From contig JAPETS010000004.1 of assembly GCA_026023565.1 (NCBI GenBank), positions 620,001-684,000 of the forward strand: a DNA stretch of 64,000 bases. Reading direction: 5' to 3'. Under the pieces are notes generated by a model, which had not been told where the DNA came from, made no database searches, and saw only the letters and a program-made list of their open reading frames with translations. The stretch comes from Cirrosporium novae-zelandiae. Taxonomy: Eukaryota. The position numbers and the translations under genes are program-made. Of the stretch, positions 1 through 12,227 are shown one piece after another; within the stretch, counting starts at the first letter, position 1; the number at the start of each line of letters is the position of its first letter.

Positions 1-1092
1 GACATAGAGAGAAAATCCCTCCAAAACATTCGTCGAATCACCCATCATCCAAGATGTGGAGGTCTTAAATTGTTTGTCCTCTGGCATGGAGGGATCAATA
101 GGACCAGGTACAGATACATATCGGTCAGATGGCTCTAGCTTATCCAAATCAATAGGCAACTTATTTTCGGAGTCCTCTACTATCTTATTAAACGAATCGA
201 GCTGTTGACTAATCATTTTCAAATGATCATCCAATGGCATATCCCCATAGGTAACAATCTTAGCGTTGCTTGGATGGTAGTGATCTGCATGGAACCTTTT
301 CAGGCGTTCGTATGTTAAATCTGTAATCTTCTTGGGATCTCCTCCGGAGTTGTTGATTGCCGGAAATATGTGGTCGTTGAACTGGACATAGAATTCTGAG
401 TCGGGATCTGACATTACACCCTTCATTTCATTATAAACAACGCCTTTGAATACCAGCTTGCTATCTTTCTCTTGAGGATCCTCAGGCGCCAACCGCCACC
501 CCTCTTGGAGGAAGTCATTCCGGCTTAGCAGTGGATGGAGCGTAGAATCAAGGTAGACAGAAAGTAGGTTCTGGAAATCTTTTCGGTTCGTAGTAGCGAA
601 TGGGTATATTGTATGATCGGGATAGGTCATGGCGTTCATGAAGTTGGAAAGAGATCGCGGAAGCATCTTGAAGAAAGGGTCTCGAATAGGGAATCTTGTT
701 CAACATTAGCTATACATCTTAGCATATTTAGCTTTTGCAGTTCTTTACTTTCGACTTCCGCATAATGTTGTATGCTCGAGGATATGAGGGACACCAGTAT
801 CATCCGGTGGGTTGGTTTTGAAACCGATAGAAAAAACATTGTTATTATCATTTCGAGCAACATGGAGTAAATTTGCACCAGTCATGTTATGAGTGAGATG
901 AAAGGCCGTAAGTTGAAGCTCAGGCACATGCTTTGTCCGCAGTAATGTGAAGCCATGAAGCTGTTCCTGTGGTTTTGGATAATCTAAATTCGCGACATGG
1001 GCGAACTTCCTTTTGCTTGGAGGGAATAGTAATCTGGGTATGGCGGGAAGGTTAGGACTTTTCAAGGTCAATCGGGAATGCAAACGCAACAT
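1..1092 (-). CDS. CYM1: Mitochondrial presequence protease (pitrilysin/M16C metallopeptidase); 3' part runs off the window
   Basis: HILEH inverted zinc motif in [14 protein letters not shown]. Intron 748-695 (GTAAAG..GCTAAT..AAG) joins to [24 protein letters not shown]. Basic, presequence-like N-terminus. Confidence 0.93.
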
Positions 1093-1702
1093 TTTGAGAA
1101 CGCCTTAGGCTTCTAAGTTCTAGAAGCCTCGATATTATTGCGAACATCAAATGTGAATACTTATCTGAAGATTCAACCTAGAACACTGAAAGCTATATTT
1201 CGGCGTGCTCGGTATGAAACGGAAGTGGATTGTCGGCCGAGAGACCTCCGTCAACCCTCCTCTTTCTTGTGCCTGTCGATTAATCATATCAACCCACGTG
1301 CAGCCCTTTGGCCCTAATTCATCCCAGGCCCTTTGTCAAATTAATTATGGATACTAAGATACTGTAGTGCCAAGATCGAGATTTCCATACAGCTATAAGT
1401 ACAAGCAAGATACCAACAAATAACCAGCTTCTTGGCTAGTTGTTTTAGAGCCTTCCCAGGAACATTACTACATTACTCCGCCCTTTTTTCCTATAAAGAT
1501 AAAGATGAACAGAACTCCTTCAAAACCAATGAATCAAAGAAAAAGACTCAAAGCCTTGCAACAAACTAATCCAGTTCGGTCTGCAAGCATTAGCGTACCC
1601 GACATCAATTAACAGACCTGCTGCTAGTGATAAATTATTAATCCTGCCCTAGAAATAAAAACGCCGATTGTAGTCGCAGGACCTCGGTAAAATCCCCCAT
1701 AT

Positions 1703-2345
1703 TTACCATCGAACCGGCCGGTGTGTTGCGTACTGCATGCCACAAGACTCGGAGAGGTGGTTAGTCCGACCACAGTATTTGCATGAGGGGCAGTCGGTGC
1801 TTCGCCGTCTCTTGTGGCCCTGTTGGATACCAGGAGTATTCTTTAGGTCATAATTCGATCTTATGGCTTCCGAGGAAACCAAGGGTTTCTTCCTAATAAT
1901 TCTCCAGAATAGCATGGCATCCTCATAAATTGCCGAGAGCTGTAATGGTTCTTTCCCTTGTTGTTGTTCAAGTGATGCGCGTGCCAAAACATCCTCTGCT
2001 TGGACCTTTCGTTTAAAGGAATCAAATTCGACCGGGAGGCCTTCGAGGAAAATCACAGATAGGAACTGATCCGGTAGCGACATCCTTCCATCTGTAAGTT
2101 GTTCAAGATCATGATTTTTGTTGCAAATATATTGATAGAATGTTTGAATGTCAGATTCGGTTTCACATGACCGAAGCTGAGCCTTTTTTAATTGAACGAA
2201 TGTTGTGTAAAAGGAGCCCTTGGTTGGGCCTGTGTTATCGTTGTGTAATTCTTGGAGGTCGCTTTGTCCAGCATTGATACCCTAAAGTATAGTGATTAGC
2301 CTTTTTTCTTTATTTTTTTCTAATGTGAGGAAGGTGATGGACCAT
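1703..2345 (-). CDS. Ty1/copia Gag-derived protein with a CCHC zinc knuckle (~193 aa, one predicted intron)
   Basis: ATG at 2345-2343, then intron 2342-2282 (GTCCAT..GCTAAT..TAG), then a frame open from 2281 to 1703. Contains LPDQFLSVIFLEGLPVEFDSF (UBN2/Retrotran_gag_2-like) and CKYCGRTNHLSESC (CX2CX4HX4C). Confidence 0.7.
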
Positions 2346-2530
2346 TTTGTTTTGCCTGGTTAATTGATGTTCTGCGTGTGAATAGAAACAACGGGAAGGG
2401 GGAGGGTCGAAAGAGGTAAATACAAAGAATTAGATAATTGGAAGTTGTATCCCAGGTAACAATCATTGGCCAGTAACCCAAAGTTAGACGAATCATAAAT
2501 CATAAATGCATGGTGGGATTTTATTTTATG

Positions 2531-2562
2531 CAGCATTACACAGCATTACACAGCATTACACA
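2531..2562. repeat. Tandem repeat (CAGCATTACA)x3
   Basis: Directly visible. Confidence 0.9.
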
Positions 2563-3224
2563 ATAAATTATCCAATTATTAACGGGATCACTGGGACTAA
2601 CCGACTTGTAGCTGAATCTCCACTGTGCGAGAAACCCAAGTGACGAGCGGACTGGACGGCAAATCCCCAATGTTTGAAAGATTATTTTCAGCCCAGTATC
2701 TACACAATTTCATCACCACCGTGCTAGGGGGTACTTATTGATAAAAAAAAGGATTGCTTCGGACCTTAGGATTGAATTCGCATTTTTATTCCGACGAATC
2801 GCTCCATTATTAACTTAATCAACATCTTGCTTCAAAGTCAGAACCGAGAGACACCCTACTACATAACCGAAACCTCTAAATCGCCGTCCTTCCACGCAGA
2901 TGACACAGCACGTCTTCGAGCCTTGAAATCGAAAACACCGCCTCGACGAAACTCTCCATTCATGATCGGTAAAGGTCTTTAGGAAGGCAGCAACGTGTTT
3001 CGCCACTGTACGAACCCACCTATAGACCCCTCACTCTACAGAAACCCAGCGACGCCTCCCGTCCATGCACCGAGACTTGGCTCCTTTCTTTTTCGGTGCC
3101 CCAACCGTGATATCGGCGCAGCTCGTTGAGATATTTCATCCACCAGATCAGTGTATTAAACAAGTTTGATTCAACCACTTTCCGATAACGTGGGATTAGG
3201 TGGAACGGCCCGTGGAAGACAAAA

Positions 3225-5100
3225 ATGGTACCTACAACACAATCACAGCATGCTCCCACTAGCTCTCGAGCATCTTCAATAACAAATGGGCATACGGGAA
3301 CCGCGTACGGTAGTGATCATGTGGACCCCTCACACTCTGCTGGACCGGCTCCAAATACAACGAAAAAGAGTAAAGACAGGAAAAGAATGGACCCAAATGA
3401 GGCGGCGAAGTTGGTATCCGCAAAAATTTCTCAATTAGAGCTGGATGCAGCGGGGGAGAAGGACCAGGAAGTTGAAATAGGTCAGTATATAATTGGATCT
3501 ACACATTGACGGGACCGAACTTCCCGCACTGAGAAGAGAGTCGTGTTGAAACCTGGTGGATCGCATATTCCTGCGAATAAAGGATTTCCAGTGTTTGCCT
3601 CTACTCCCTTTATACGAGTTATACCGCATAATAAAGTGCTCCCACTTATCATGCTTGCATGCTTTATAGTATCGAAGAATGATTTTGACTGATTATGTCA
3701 TAGAGCGCGACGTGAAAAAATCAATCCGAGATCTCAATCAGCTCCTTAACAGCGTCGAATCTTCAGGGGCCCGTATAGATCTTGTGCAAAAGAAATATGC
3801 AGAACTCCTTGCCGACATGAAGAGACTAAAACGAGAGCATGTAAAGGATAAGAAACGCGCCGACCAGCTACAGAAGGAGAAAGACCAGGGTAGATCGGAG
3901 CTCACCAAGGCAGTCACTATGAAGGACAAGTTGGAGAAATTATGTCGGGAATTGACTAAAGAAAATAAGAAGATCAAGGTTCGCTCTTCTAAATTCCGTA
4001 GAATATGCGGAAATGATCAAGGGCTGATACAGATCTTCTAGGAGGAACATAAGAGACTTGAGGAGTCGGAGAAGAAGGGCCGAGAAGTTCTCAATGATAA
4101 GTTTGATTCGATGCTTTGGGATGCGCAAGATGTCATGACACACAAGGAAAATCCAGAACACCAGAAACTAAATATGGAAATGGATGAGCTGTACGTTGTC
4201 CAACGACACCAATACTATAGCTTAGTGCTAAATGTCGACAGGTTCCGTCAAAAGTTCAGATCCTTTATTGAACAAAGCGAACTGCGAGAACTACATTTTC
4301 AGTCGCTCATGCGCAGCAAAGAACATGAAATCCAATACCACCTAGCAAGGTTTGAGCAGCAACGCAAAACGGCTGAAGCTGAGGCGGCCAAAGCCCGCAC
4401 ACTTAATGCGCAAGTGGCCACTTTCTCACATACTGAAAGCGAATTGAGGAGTCAGCTTAACATATATGTAGAAAAGTTCAAGCAGGTAATACCGTTTACC
4501 CCTTTTCATAATTAATGTTATACCCTTCGTAGTTTCGCCTTTTACTACTTATTTATGTTTCTATTTGCTACGTGCACTGGCGTAGTTTTCAACAAGAATA
4601 CCATTGTCTGACACTTGTCATCGCAGGTTGAGGATACTCTAAACAACTCGAATGACCTATTCCTAACATTCCGCAAGGAGATGGAAGAGATGTCTAAGAA
4701 AACCAAACGTCTTGAAAAGGAGAATCTGAATCTCACCCGGAAACACGATTTGACGAACCGAAATATCCTTGAAATGGCTGAAGAGCGCACTAGGATCAAC
4801 AAAGAAATGGAAACGTTGAAGAAAAAGAACGCAAATCTCGAGGGACTCTGTCGTCGAATGCAGGACCAAGGTCGTGGTCTCGTTGGCGATGACGAAGAAG
4901 CAACAGATAGTGAATATGATTACGAAGATGGTGAAGGTAGTGAGGAGGAAGAATATGACGAAGAAACGGAAGATGACGAGCAACAGAATATCGTTCAGAA
5001 TCCTCCTTTTATCGGCCCTCAACCACCACCGTTGCCGCCTGCTTCCCAGGCTTTGGCCAACGGGATGACGAATGTTTTGGTTAACGGTATGAAGCATTGA
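3225..5100 (+). CDS. Taxilin-family coiled-coil protein
   Basis: Multi-exon gene (first intron 3481-3703) with KLEKLCREL, QLNIYVEKFKQVEDTLNNSNDLFLTFRKEMEEMSKKTKRLEKE and an acidic C-terminus. Confidence 0.9.
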
Positions 5101-5649
5101 GTTTTTGGAACTGGCTTTCGGGATTCTTTTATTACCATTTGGACGCAGTGTTTGTTGTTCTTTGTCCAGGTGCGCTATGTTGCTCTATAGCTTAAGGGCG
5201 CACCTTGTTTTATAAGTAGATAGAGATGTCTGCTCCAAACAACGAAGCCCATAACCCAGACACCAAAGGAAACTTCTACATGTGGGACTCTCTCTAGATG
5301 CATATACCACCGTTTACAGGTCGATGGTCAGTATCTAAGATCAGGATATGACCTATTATTGAGCTGCGACCTAACTAACATATTGATGTTTCCATGAGCC
5401 TTTGTGTAACCCGTCTCATTGGACGCTTGACATTCTGAACCGAGGCATCCCGCATTTTCCTCCCCTCCCGATCTTCATCCATCTCCTCTTCTTCTTCATT
5501 AACCAGAGTCAGCATCCAGCATTTATAGGCAATGTCTCTCGTACTTTTCCCATTCAATTTGTTGATTATTTCTTTAAAATTATAGAACATCATAATACTT
5601 GTTGACTATCCACCTTGATTTAGGCTTGTCTATCTTTGTGTGATCCATA

Positions 5650-6732
5650 ATGGCGTCTTCACCCACTACAGTTCCTACAATTACTACTCCCCTCACTCGA
5701 CTCCTTAACATAAAACATCCAGTTCTCCTTGCCGGCATGGCCCATGCGACAACCCCTTTACTTTGTGCGACAGTCTCCAATGCTGGCGGGTTGGGTTGCC
5801 TCGGTGGTCTTGGCTACACTCCCACACAACTACGAGCTCTTCTCGCCGAACTTCGATCTCTTCTAGACTCCCCAAACCTTCCGTTTGGTGTTGATCTCGC
5901 TTTGCCACAGGTTGGGGATGGTGCACGCAAGACAAATCACGATTATACCCACGGCCAACTCGATGAACTCGTTGAAGTTACAATCGAAGCGGGAGCCAAA
6001 CTTTTTGTCAGTGCAGTAGGGATTCCGCCCTCGAGAACCATCAAACGTCTCCACGAAGCGAAAATCCTGGTAATGAATATGGTCGGTGCCCCTAAACATG
6101 CAGAACGTGCATTCGAGGCTGGTGTGGATATTGTGTGTGCTCAAGGAAGTGAAGGCGGAGGTCACACAGGGGACATCCCCACATGTATCCTAATACCGGC
6201 AGTTGTCGACATCGCAAAACGGTACCGAAGTCCATTGACGGGTGAACCTGCGCTCGTAGTAGCAGCTGGGGGTATTTATGACGGGCGGGGGCTAGCTTCC
6301 GCATTGATGATGGGAGCAACGGGTGTTTGGGCAGGTACTAGGTTTGTGGCCAGTGAAGAAGCCGGAGCTAGCTCCATGCACAAGAAAGCGGTCGTTACGG
6401 CAGGCTTTGAAGACACGGCGCGGACGCTAGTTGTTAGTGGACGGCCATTGCGAGTGCGAACAAACGATTATATAAGGGAGTGGGAGTGTGAGCGCCAAGA
6501 AGAGATGAAGCGGCTACTAGAGGCAGGAATAGTGCCAATGCAGAAGGACCTGGACGAGGGAAGCGATAATATTGAGGTTGATATGCCATTTTTAATGGGC
6601 CAAGTTGCGGGAATCATTGGAGACATTAAGCCTGCTGGAGTGATTGTGGAGGAGATGGTTGAGGAGGCCGTGGAGACGCTACGGCAAGGGTGGGGATACA
6701 TTAACAAGATAGGGAAGGACAGCAAACTTTGA
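5650..6732 (+). CDS. Nitronate monooxygenase (2-nitropropane dioxygenase) family flavoprotein
   Basis: Intronless, 360 aa. Motifs HPVLLAGM, VSNAGGLG, QGSEGGGHTG, AAGGIYDGRGLASALMMGA, WAGTRF. Confidence 0.93.
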   Translation: MASSPTTVPTITTPLTRLLNIKHPVLLAGMAHATTPLLCATVSNAGGLGCLGGLGYTPTQLRALLAELRSLLDSPNLPFGVDLALPQVGDGARKTNHDYTHGQLDELVEVTIEAGAKLFVSAVGIPPSRTIKRLHEAKILVMNMVGAPKHAERAFEAGVDIVCAQGSEGGGHTGDIPTCILIPAVVDIAKRYRSPLTGEPALVVAAGGIYDGRGLASALMMGATGVWAGTRFVASEEAGASSMHKKAVVTAGFEDTARTLVVSGRPLRVRTNDYIREWECERQEEMKRLLEAGIVPMQKDLDEGSDNIEVDMPFLMGQVAGIIGDIKPAGVIVEEMVEEAVETLRQGWGYINKIGKDSKL

Positions 6733-7182
6733 GGAGGGTGAAAATATGCTGGATACTTTGGTAAAGATGAATTATATAATCCATACTCCAATGTGTACCC
6801 ATCCGATTATTATATACATGTGCCTAGGTAATTATATGGACAAGGAAAAAAAAAGTCCCCAAATTGGAAACTACATGCGATGTTACACAAGATGACAAAT
6901 TATGAATCCATATTATCCATTTTAAGCATCGTGTATCGTGATCCACGGCCGACCAACTCGGTCTATCTCGGCCTATACCAGTACTGGTAACTTTTATCAT
7001 GACGCTAAGTTCTACTTTCTTGCTTTCTCTTCTGATGCTGCATCTTGCCGACATTTAATTAATAAGCCTTTGCCAGTCTCTAGTCATCATGCTTCTACGA
7101 ATCGGGTTCCTTTATAGGCACCTTGCTCGAGATCTCTATCAAAAGTCCTCTCATTCATTTATACAATAAAATATAAATAATT

Positions 7183-9000
7183 ATGGCAACTATCACAAAT
7201 ACAAACCCCAATAGTCCCGCTGAAGCTAAACATGCTCAAGCCAGAGATCCCGACCTTGAGCAAGCCTCTACAGACAATGAATCTATTGGTAAGGGTGATA
7301 TATTATCTCTCGAGCATATTGATCCCGCCTTGAATGCGAAAATGCATGTGGTGAACGATGTATCCTCAACCCCTCCCCTATCACTTTCTGACAAATATTA
7401 ATCTGATGTGACTAGGCAATTGATGAGATTGGATGGACTACATGGCAATTGAAGCTTTTCTTTCTTAATGGCTTTGGGTAAAATTGACACCTTGACCTTC
7501 TTCATCCGTTGTATCAGCTGATTCGAGGCATGCCTTATGAAGTGGTGGCTAATCAATGGGATAGCTACGCCGTGGATTCTCTTATTATACTTGTACAGAG
7601 TATCATTGCCACGCAGGCTGCTTATGAATTTAACCCATCCTACGACAAAGGCTTGACGATCGCTGTATATGTGGGAATGTTGGTACGACAGTAACTATCC
7701 ACACAACTGCTAGGATACAGGCTGATCTTCGATTAGGTCGGCGCTCTCTTCTGGGGTTTCACTGCTGACATTATAGGCCGCAAATTTGCTTTTAATGTTT
7801 CGCTAATGATCTGCTCGATTTTTGCCATTGTGGCTGGAGCCAGTCCAAACTGGTTTGTACTTGGTCTTTTCACCTGCCTCTCAGCTTTTGGTGCAGGTGG
7901 AAATTTGGTTCTTGATACAGCCGTTTTTTTGGAATACTTACCTTCAAGGTTTCAGTGGATGGTCACTTTACTCGCAGCCTGGTGGGGAATTGGTCAACTC
8001 ATAGCCGGGCTTTTCGCATGGGCCTTGCTGCCGAATTATTCCTGCGAAAGCGTCGAAACTTGTACCTATGATAACAATAAGGGGTGGCGATATGTTTGGT
8101 ACTCATGTGGAGGCCTCGTGTTCGTTATGTCAATACTCCGAATCACTGTTATTCGACTAAAGGAGACGCCTAAGTTCTTGCTTGGGGAAGGAAAAGATGA
8201 AGCCGTTGTGGAGACACTTCAGCACGTTGCGCGGAAATATAATCGTCATTGTTCGATTACCCTAGAGACCCTCTCCGCTTGTGGTGTTACCCAAGGAGTA
8301 GGACATGCTAAGAAACGCTTCTCCTTGACCTCAGTTTGGGTGCACATCAAAGGGCTATACCAAACCAAGAAAATGGGACGGTCCACAAGTCTCATATGGT
8401 TATCCTGGCTTCTAATTGGTCTCGCTTATCCTCTTTTCAACGTCTTCTTACCATCATACCTGGCTTCACGCGGTGCCGTAAGCACTCGTGTATATCAATG
8501 TTTGTTTGTCATTGCTTACCTTTGAATAGGACTTTGGTCAAATATCTCCCAATGTCACCTGGCGAAATTATGCGCTGGCTAACTTTGCCAGTATTTGGGG
8601 ACCAGTTCTGGCTGCATTCCTATGCACTACCAGGATCGGCCGCCGTGGAACCATGGTGGTTGGTGCTTTGCTTTCCATGGCTTTCTTTTTCGCATATACC
8701 CAAGTTCGGACACAGACACAAAACATTGCATTTACATGTATTGTTGACTTCACACTCAACATCTACTACGGTACCCTATACGCTTTTACCCCAGAAGTCC
8801 TCCCAAGTGCCCATCGAGGAACAGGAAATGGCATTGCTATAGGATTAAACCGAGTTATGGGCATTGTCTCCGCAGTAATCGCGTCTGCAGCGGACACGGC
8901 TACTTCGGCCCCGATATACATTTGTGCTGCATTATACATTGTAATGGCTATCGTCGCCATGGCATTTCCATTTGAACCACACGGACATAGGAGTTCTTAG
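7183..9000 (+). CDS. MFS transporter (sugar-transporter/SV2-like)
   Basis: Spliced. Motifs ADIIGRKFAFN, GGNLVLDTAVFLEYLP, ETPKFLL, YAFTPEVLPSAHRGTGNG; many TM segments. Confidence 0.9.
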
Positions 9001-9516
9001 TTGGTAGAGCGTATGTTCTGATGGAGAAGGGTTCTAGACTTCATGTATTGGTAGTGTGCTATAAAGTAGCGAGCGATTAGACAAATACTAGAATTTCGCC
9101 ATCTACCTAGGTAATTACTAAAACTGAGCAACTGTAATTTTCAATTTAGACTAATTTCACTCGGCAAAATTCCCTAAATATTAAGTCATGGAGGTTGTAT
9201 TGTTTGTATTGTTTGTATTGTTTGTGCTGTTTGCAATGTTTGCTTTTACCGGTAGATCTATATAACATCTCCGACTCTTTTCCTCCTTGTTGCGTGGAAA
9301 TCCGTTTCACTAACTGGTCACATCGGATAACAACGATTTGCTATCATAATCTATAGATAATGCATTGGTCCTATCAGCACAAAATATCTAATGTGTCAAT
9401 CGCGCTCGGTGAAGCAACAGCCATCATGGCTTGTACATTAGATAAAGAGCAGGCTTTAATCCCTTCTCGACTTATCCCTCTAGGCGTTCAAGTAGTTGCT
9501 GAATCTCTTTGGCATA

Positions 9517-11510
9517 ATGCTATCTCTACCTTTCTCCCAGCTCACTAAATGGTCTAGAGAGAGGGCTGTTAATTTCCGAGCTGCCACAAGGAGTCGCAAA
9601 AGGTTCCTTGAATTCCTTGAGACGAAAGAAACCGCCTATGGAAGGACAGAGGAGCGAACAATTTGGAAAAATGAAGACCTAGACTTGACTCCACCGAAGG
9701 ATTGGACCTGGGCGTGGTATGATTTTGCTGCTTTCTGGTGGTCTTATGGTATGAAGAGGCATGCTTACTGAAATTCTTCACTGACTCGAGAATTAGGCTT
9801 CTCGATTGGAGTCTGGAGTCTTGGATCCTCCATGATTGCACTCGGACTAACATGGTGGCAAGGTATTTCTTCAAAGAATCTGTTTACACATAACTTTCTT
9901 CTAACCGCTCTGGAGCGATTATCTGTGTTTTTATCAGCCATACCCTTGGTGCAATTGGTATCGCTTTTCATTCCCGACTAGGGGCCAAGTACCACTTTGG
10001 TTTTCCAGTTGAGTGTCGAATAACATGGGGTCTTCGGGGCAGTTATTTCCCAGTCTTTGTGCGATTACTCGTTGGAACGATATGGAATGGCGTCAACACA
10101 CTCGAAGGCGGATATTTCATGGCTATACTGCTGCGATGCATCTTTGGCAAACGATATTATAATATGTATAATTCTTTCTCACCTGGTGCAGATATAACTG
10201 TGCAGGAGCTTGTTGGTAAGTATTGATAATTTCGATGCAGTGAGGAACTTTTCTAATATCAACGTAGGCTTCATCATCTTCATGGTCATTACAGCACCGA
10301 TTCTGGCTATTCCGATCCCTAAGCTACGCCGTGTGTATACAATCAAGTCAGTCGTCCTTCCACCAGTGGTCATAGGACTGTTCGTATTCTGTATTCTGGT
10401 CGGGAAAGATGCTGGAGGAAGCGGAGGTGAGTTCAATACAACTGTTCCTTTAAGTGGTTCCACGCTCGCATGGGCCATGCTCTCTGCGATTAATTCCTGC
10501 ATGGGGAAAACTTCCGCCTCGGTTGCAAATCAGGTACAGTGAATTGAAATCTTATAAGGCTTTTGACAAATATTTAATCATTCCAGACCGATCTTTCCCG
10601 CTATGCCCGCACCCCTAGGGCTCCATTCTGGTCGCAGCTAATCGCTATTCCCATTGGCAACACCCTCTGCGCAACTCTCGGCATCTTCGCCACCTCTGCA
10701 ACCCACCGCGCTTGGGGTGTCCTTATCTGGAATCCGTGGGACCTCTGTGACTACATCCTGACTCTTCACTGGACCGCAGGGGCTCGTACCGGTATCGCTC
10801 TTGTATGTATGGGTTTTATGTTGTCAACTTTTGCCTCGAATCTAGGCGTTAATGTCATCCCCTGGGGTGCAGATGCCATGGTAGTATGTCCACGATTTAT
10901 TAATATCAAGAGGGGTATGTACATATGCTATGCGCTGGGAATGGTGATCTGTCCATGGAAAATATTGAAGAGTGCAACGACTTTTCTTCGTTTTCTTGGA
11001 GGCTATTCTATATTCCTAGCCCCGATCGTAGGTATCTTCATAACGGATTACTACGTTATCCGGCGGGGCAACATCTGGACCTCTGACCTTTATACCCCAA
11101 CCAAGGGAACGTCGTATTGGTACCACCATGGCATCAGCTGGCGTGCCTTTACGGCCTTCGTTATCGGCATCGTCCTCCCTATCCCTGGATTCGCGGCCGA
11201 GTTCGGACATGAGGTTCCAGTGGTTTGGGAGCATATCTACAGCCTAGGGTGGATCTTAGGGTGCATCATAAGTAGCGTGGCATATTACGGGCTCTGTCAG
11301 ATTGGGGGAGGGAACTTTGCCAAGGGAGAAAGGGAACTGGGGTTTGAAGAAGCCTACGATCTGCAAGAGCTCTTCCAACAGGATTCAAGCGCGGAGGTCA
11401 CGGTAGGCCTTCCACCGACGGATGATTCATCCCCCATCGAAAAGTCGGATACTAGAGGCCTAAATGCAAAGCAAGTTGGGGTTAAAGAAATTGATGGTGA
11501 TGTTGTTTGA
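9517..11510 (+). CDS. NCS1 nucleobase:cation symporter (Fur4/Dal4-like uracil/allantoin permease family)
   Basis: Spliced. Motifs NEDLDLTPP..WTW, DLSRYA, WNPWDL, PRFINIKRG, PWKIL, FLGGYSIFLAPIVGI..DYY. Confidence 0.9.
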
Positions 11511-12227
11511 TAAGATAAATTGGATAATGAGGACCTTGATGGCCTCGGTACAACATCACCTCGGTAACGACGTATGTTCCTGGCAGCCAACTGCCGACTT
11601 CGGCCAGTATTTCTGATGGTGTGGAGCCTCAACAATAATATTTATTTACTAGCAGGGTAAGCTTTTACAATAGTAGCATTATCAAGGATGATCTTCACCA
11701 ACAATTATTCACCGTTTACGTCAAACCGTTAAATTTCCTATAACCTTACCGTACTACTGTAATTATCGAACCCATGTCCCCGCGTTTTCCGTCAACCTTC
11801 ACAGAATATACGCCAGAAAGCATTCCTGTCTGGTACAACTAGTACATGCTTCTATCTGGTATCCCTTTCAACACTTATTATAAAACTTGAGAAAAAGCAT
11901 TAACAGCCATGAAAAAAAGAATACTCGGTTCGAGGCATTTCCAGATGGTTGACTTTGTTCGAAAAAAAAAATGAAAGAGAGATCAACCAGGGCCCATGGA
12001 GACAACCCTCCTGGAGTAGTTCCCTAATTAGTTTCCAGTCCTTGACATTATTATCTCATTATCGATGCTAATGATAACTTAAAAGATGGACATTGGGCCT
12101 GACTGCTATATATAAAGGCTATGGTCCATGACATGAGGGCGGTGTCGCTGTTTCTGCATCCTCTCCCTCTTTCTTATATAAACACTTATTAGTTCCCGAA
12201 ACATTTATTCTTAATTTATTTAGGACG

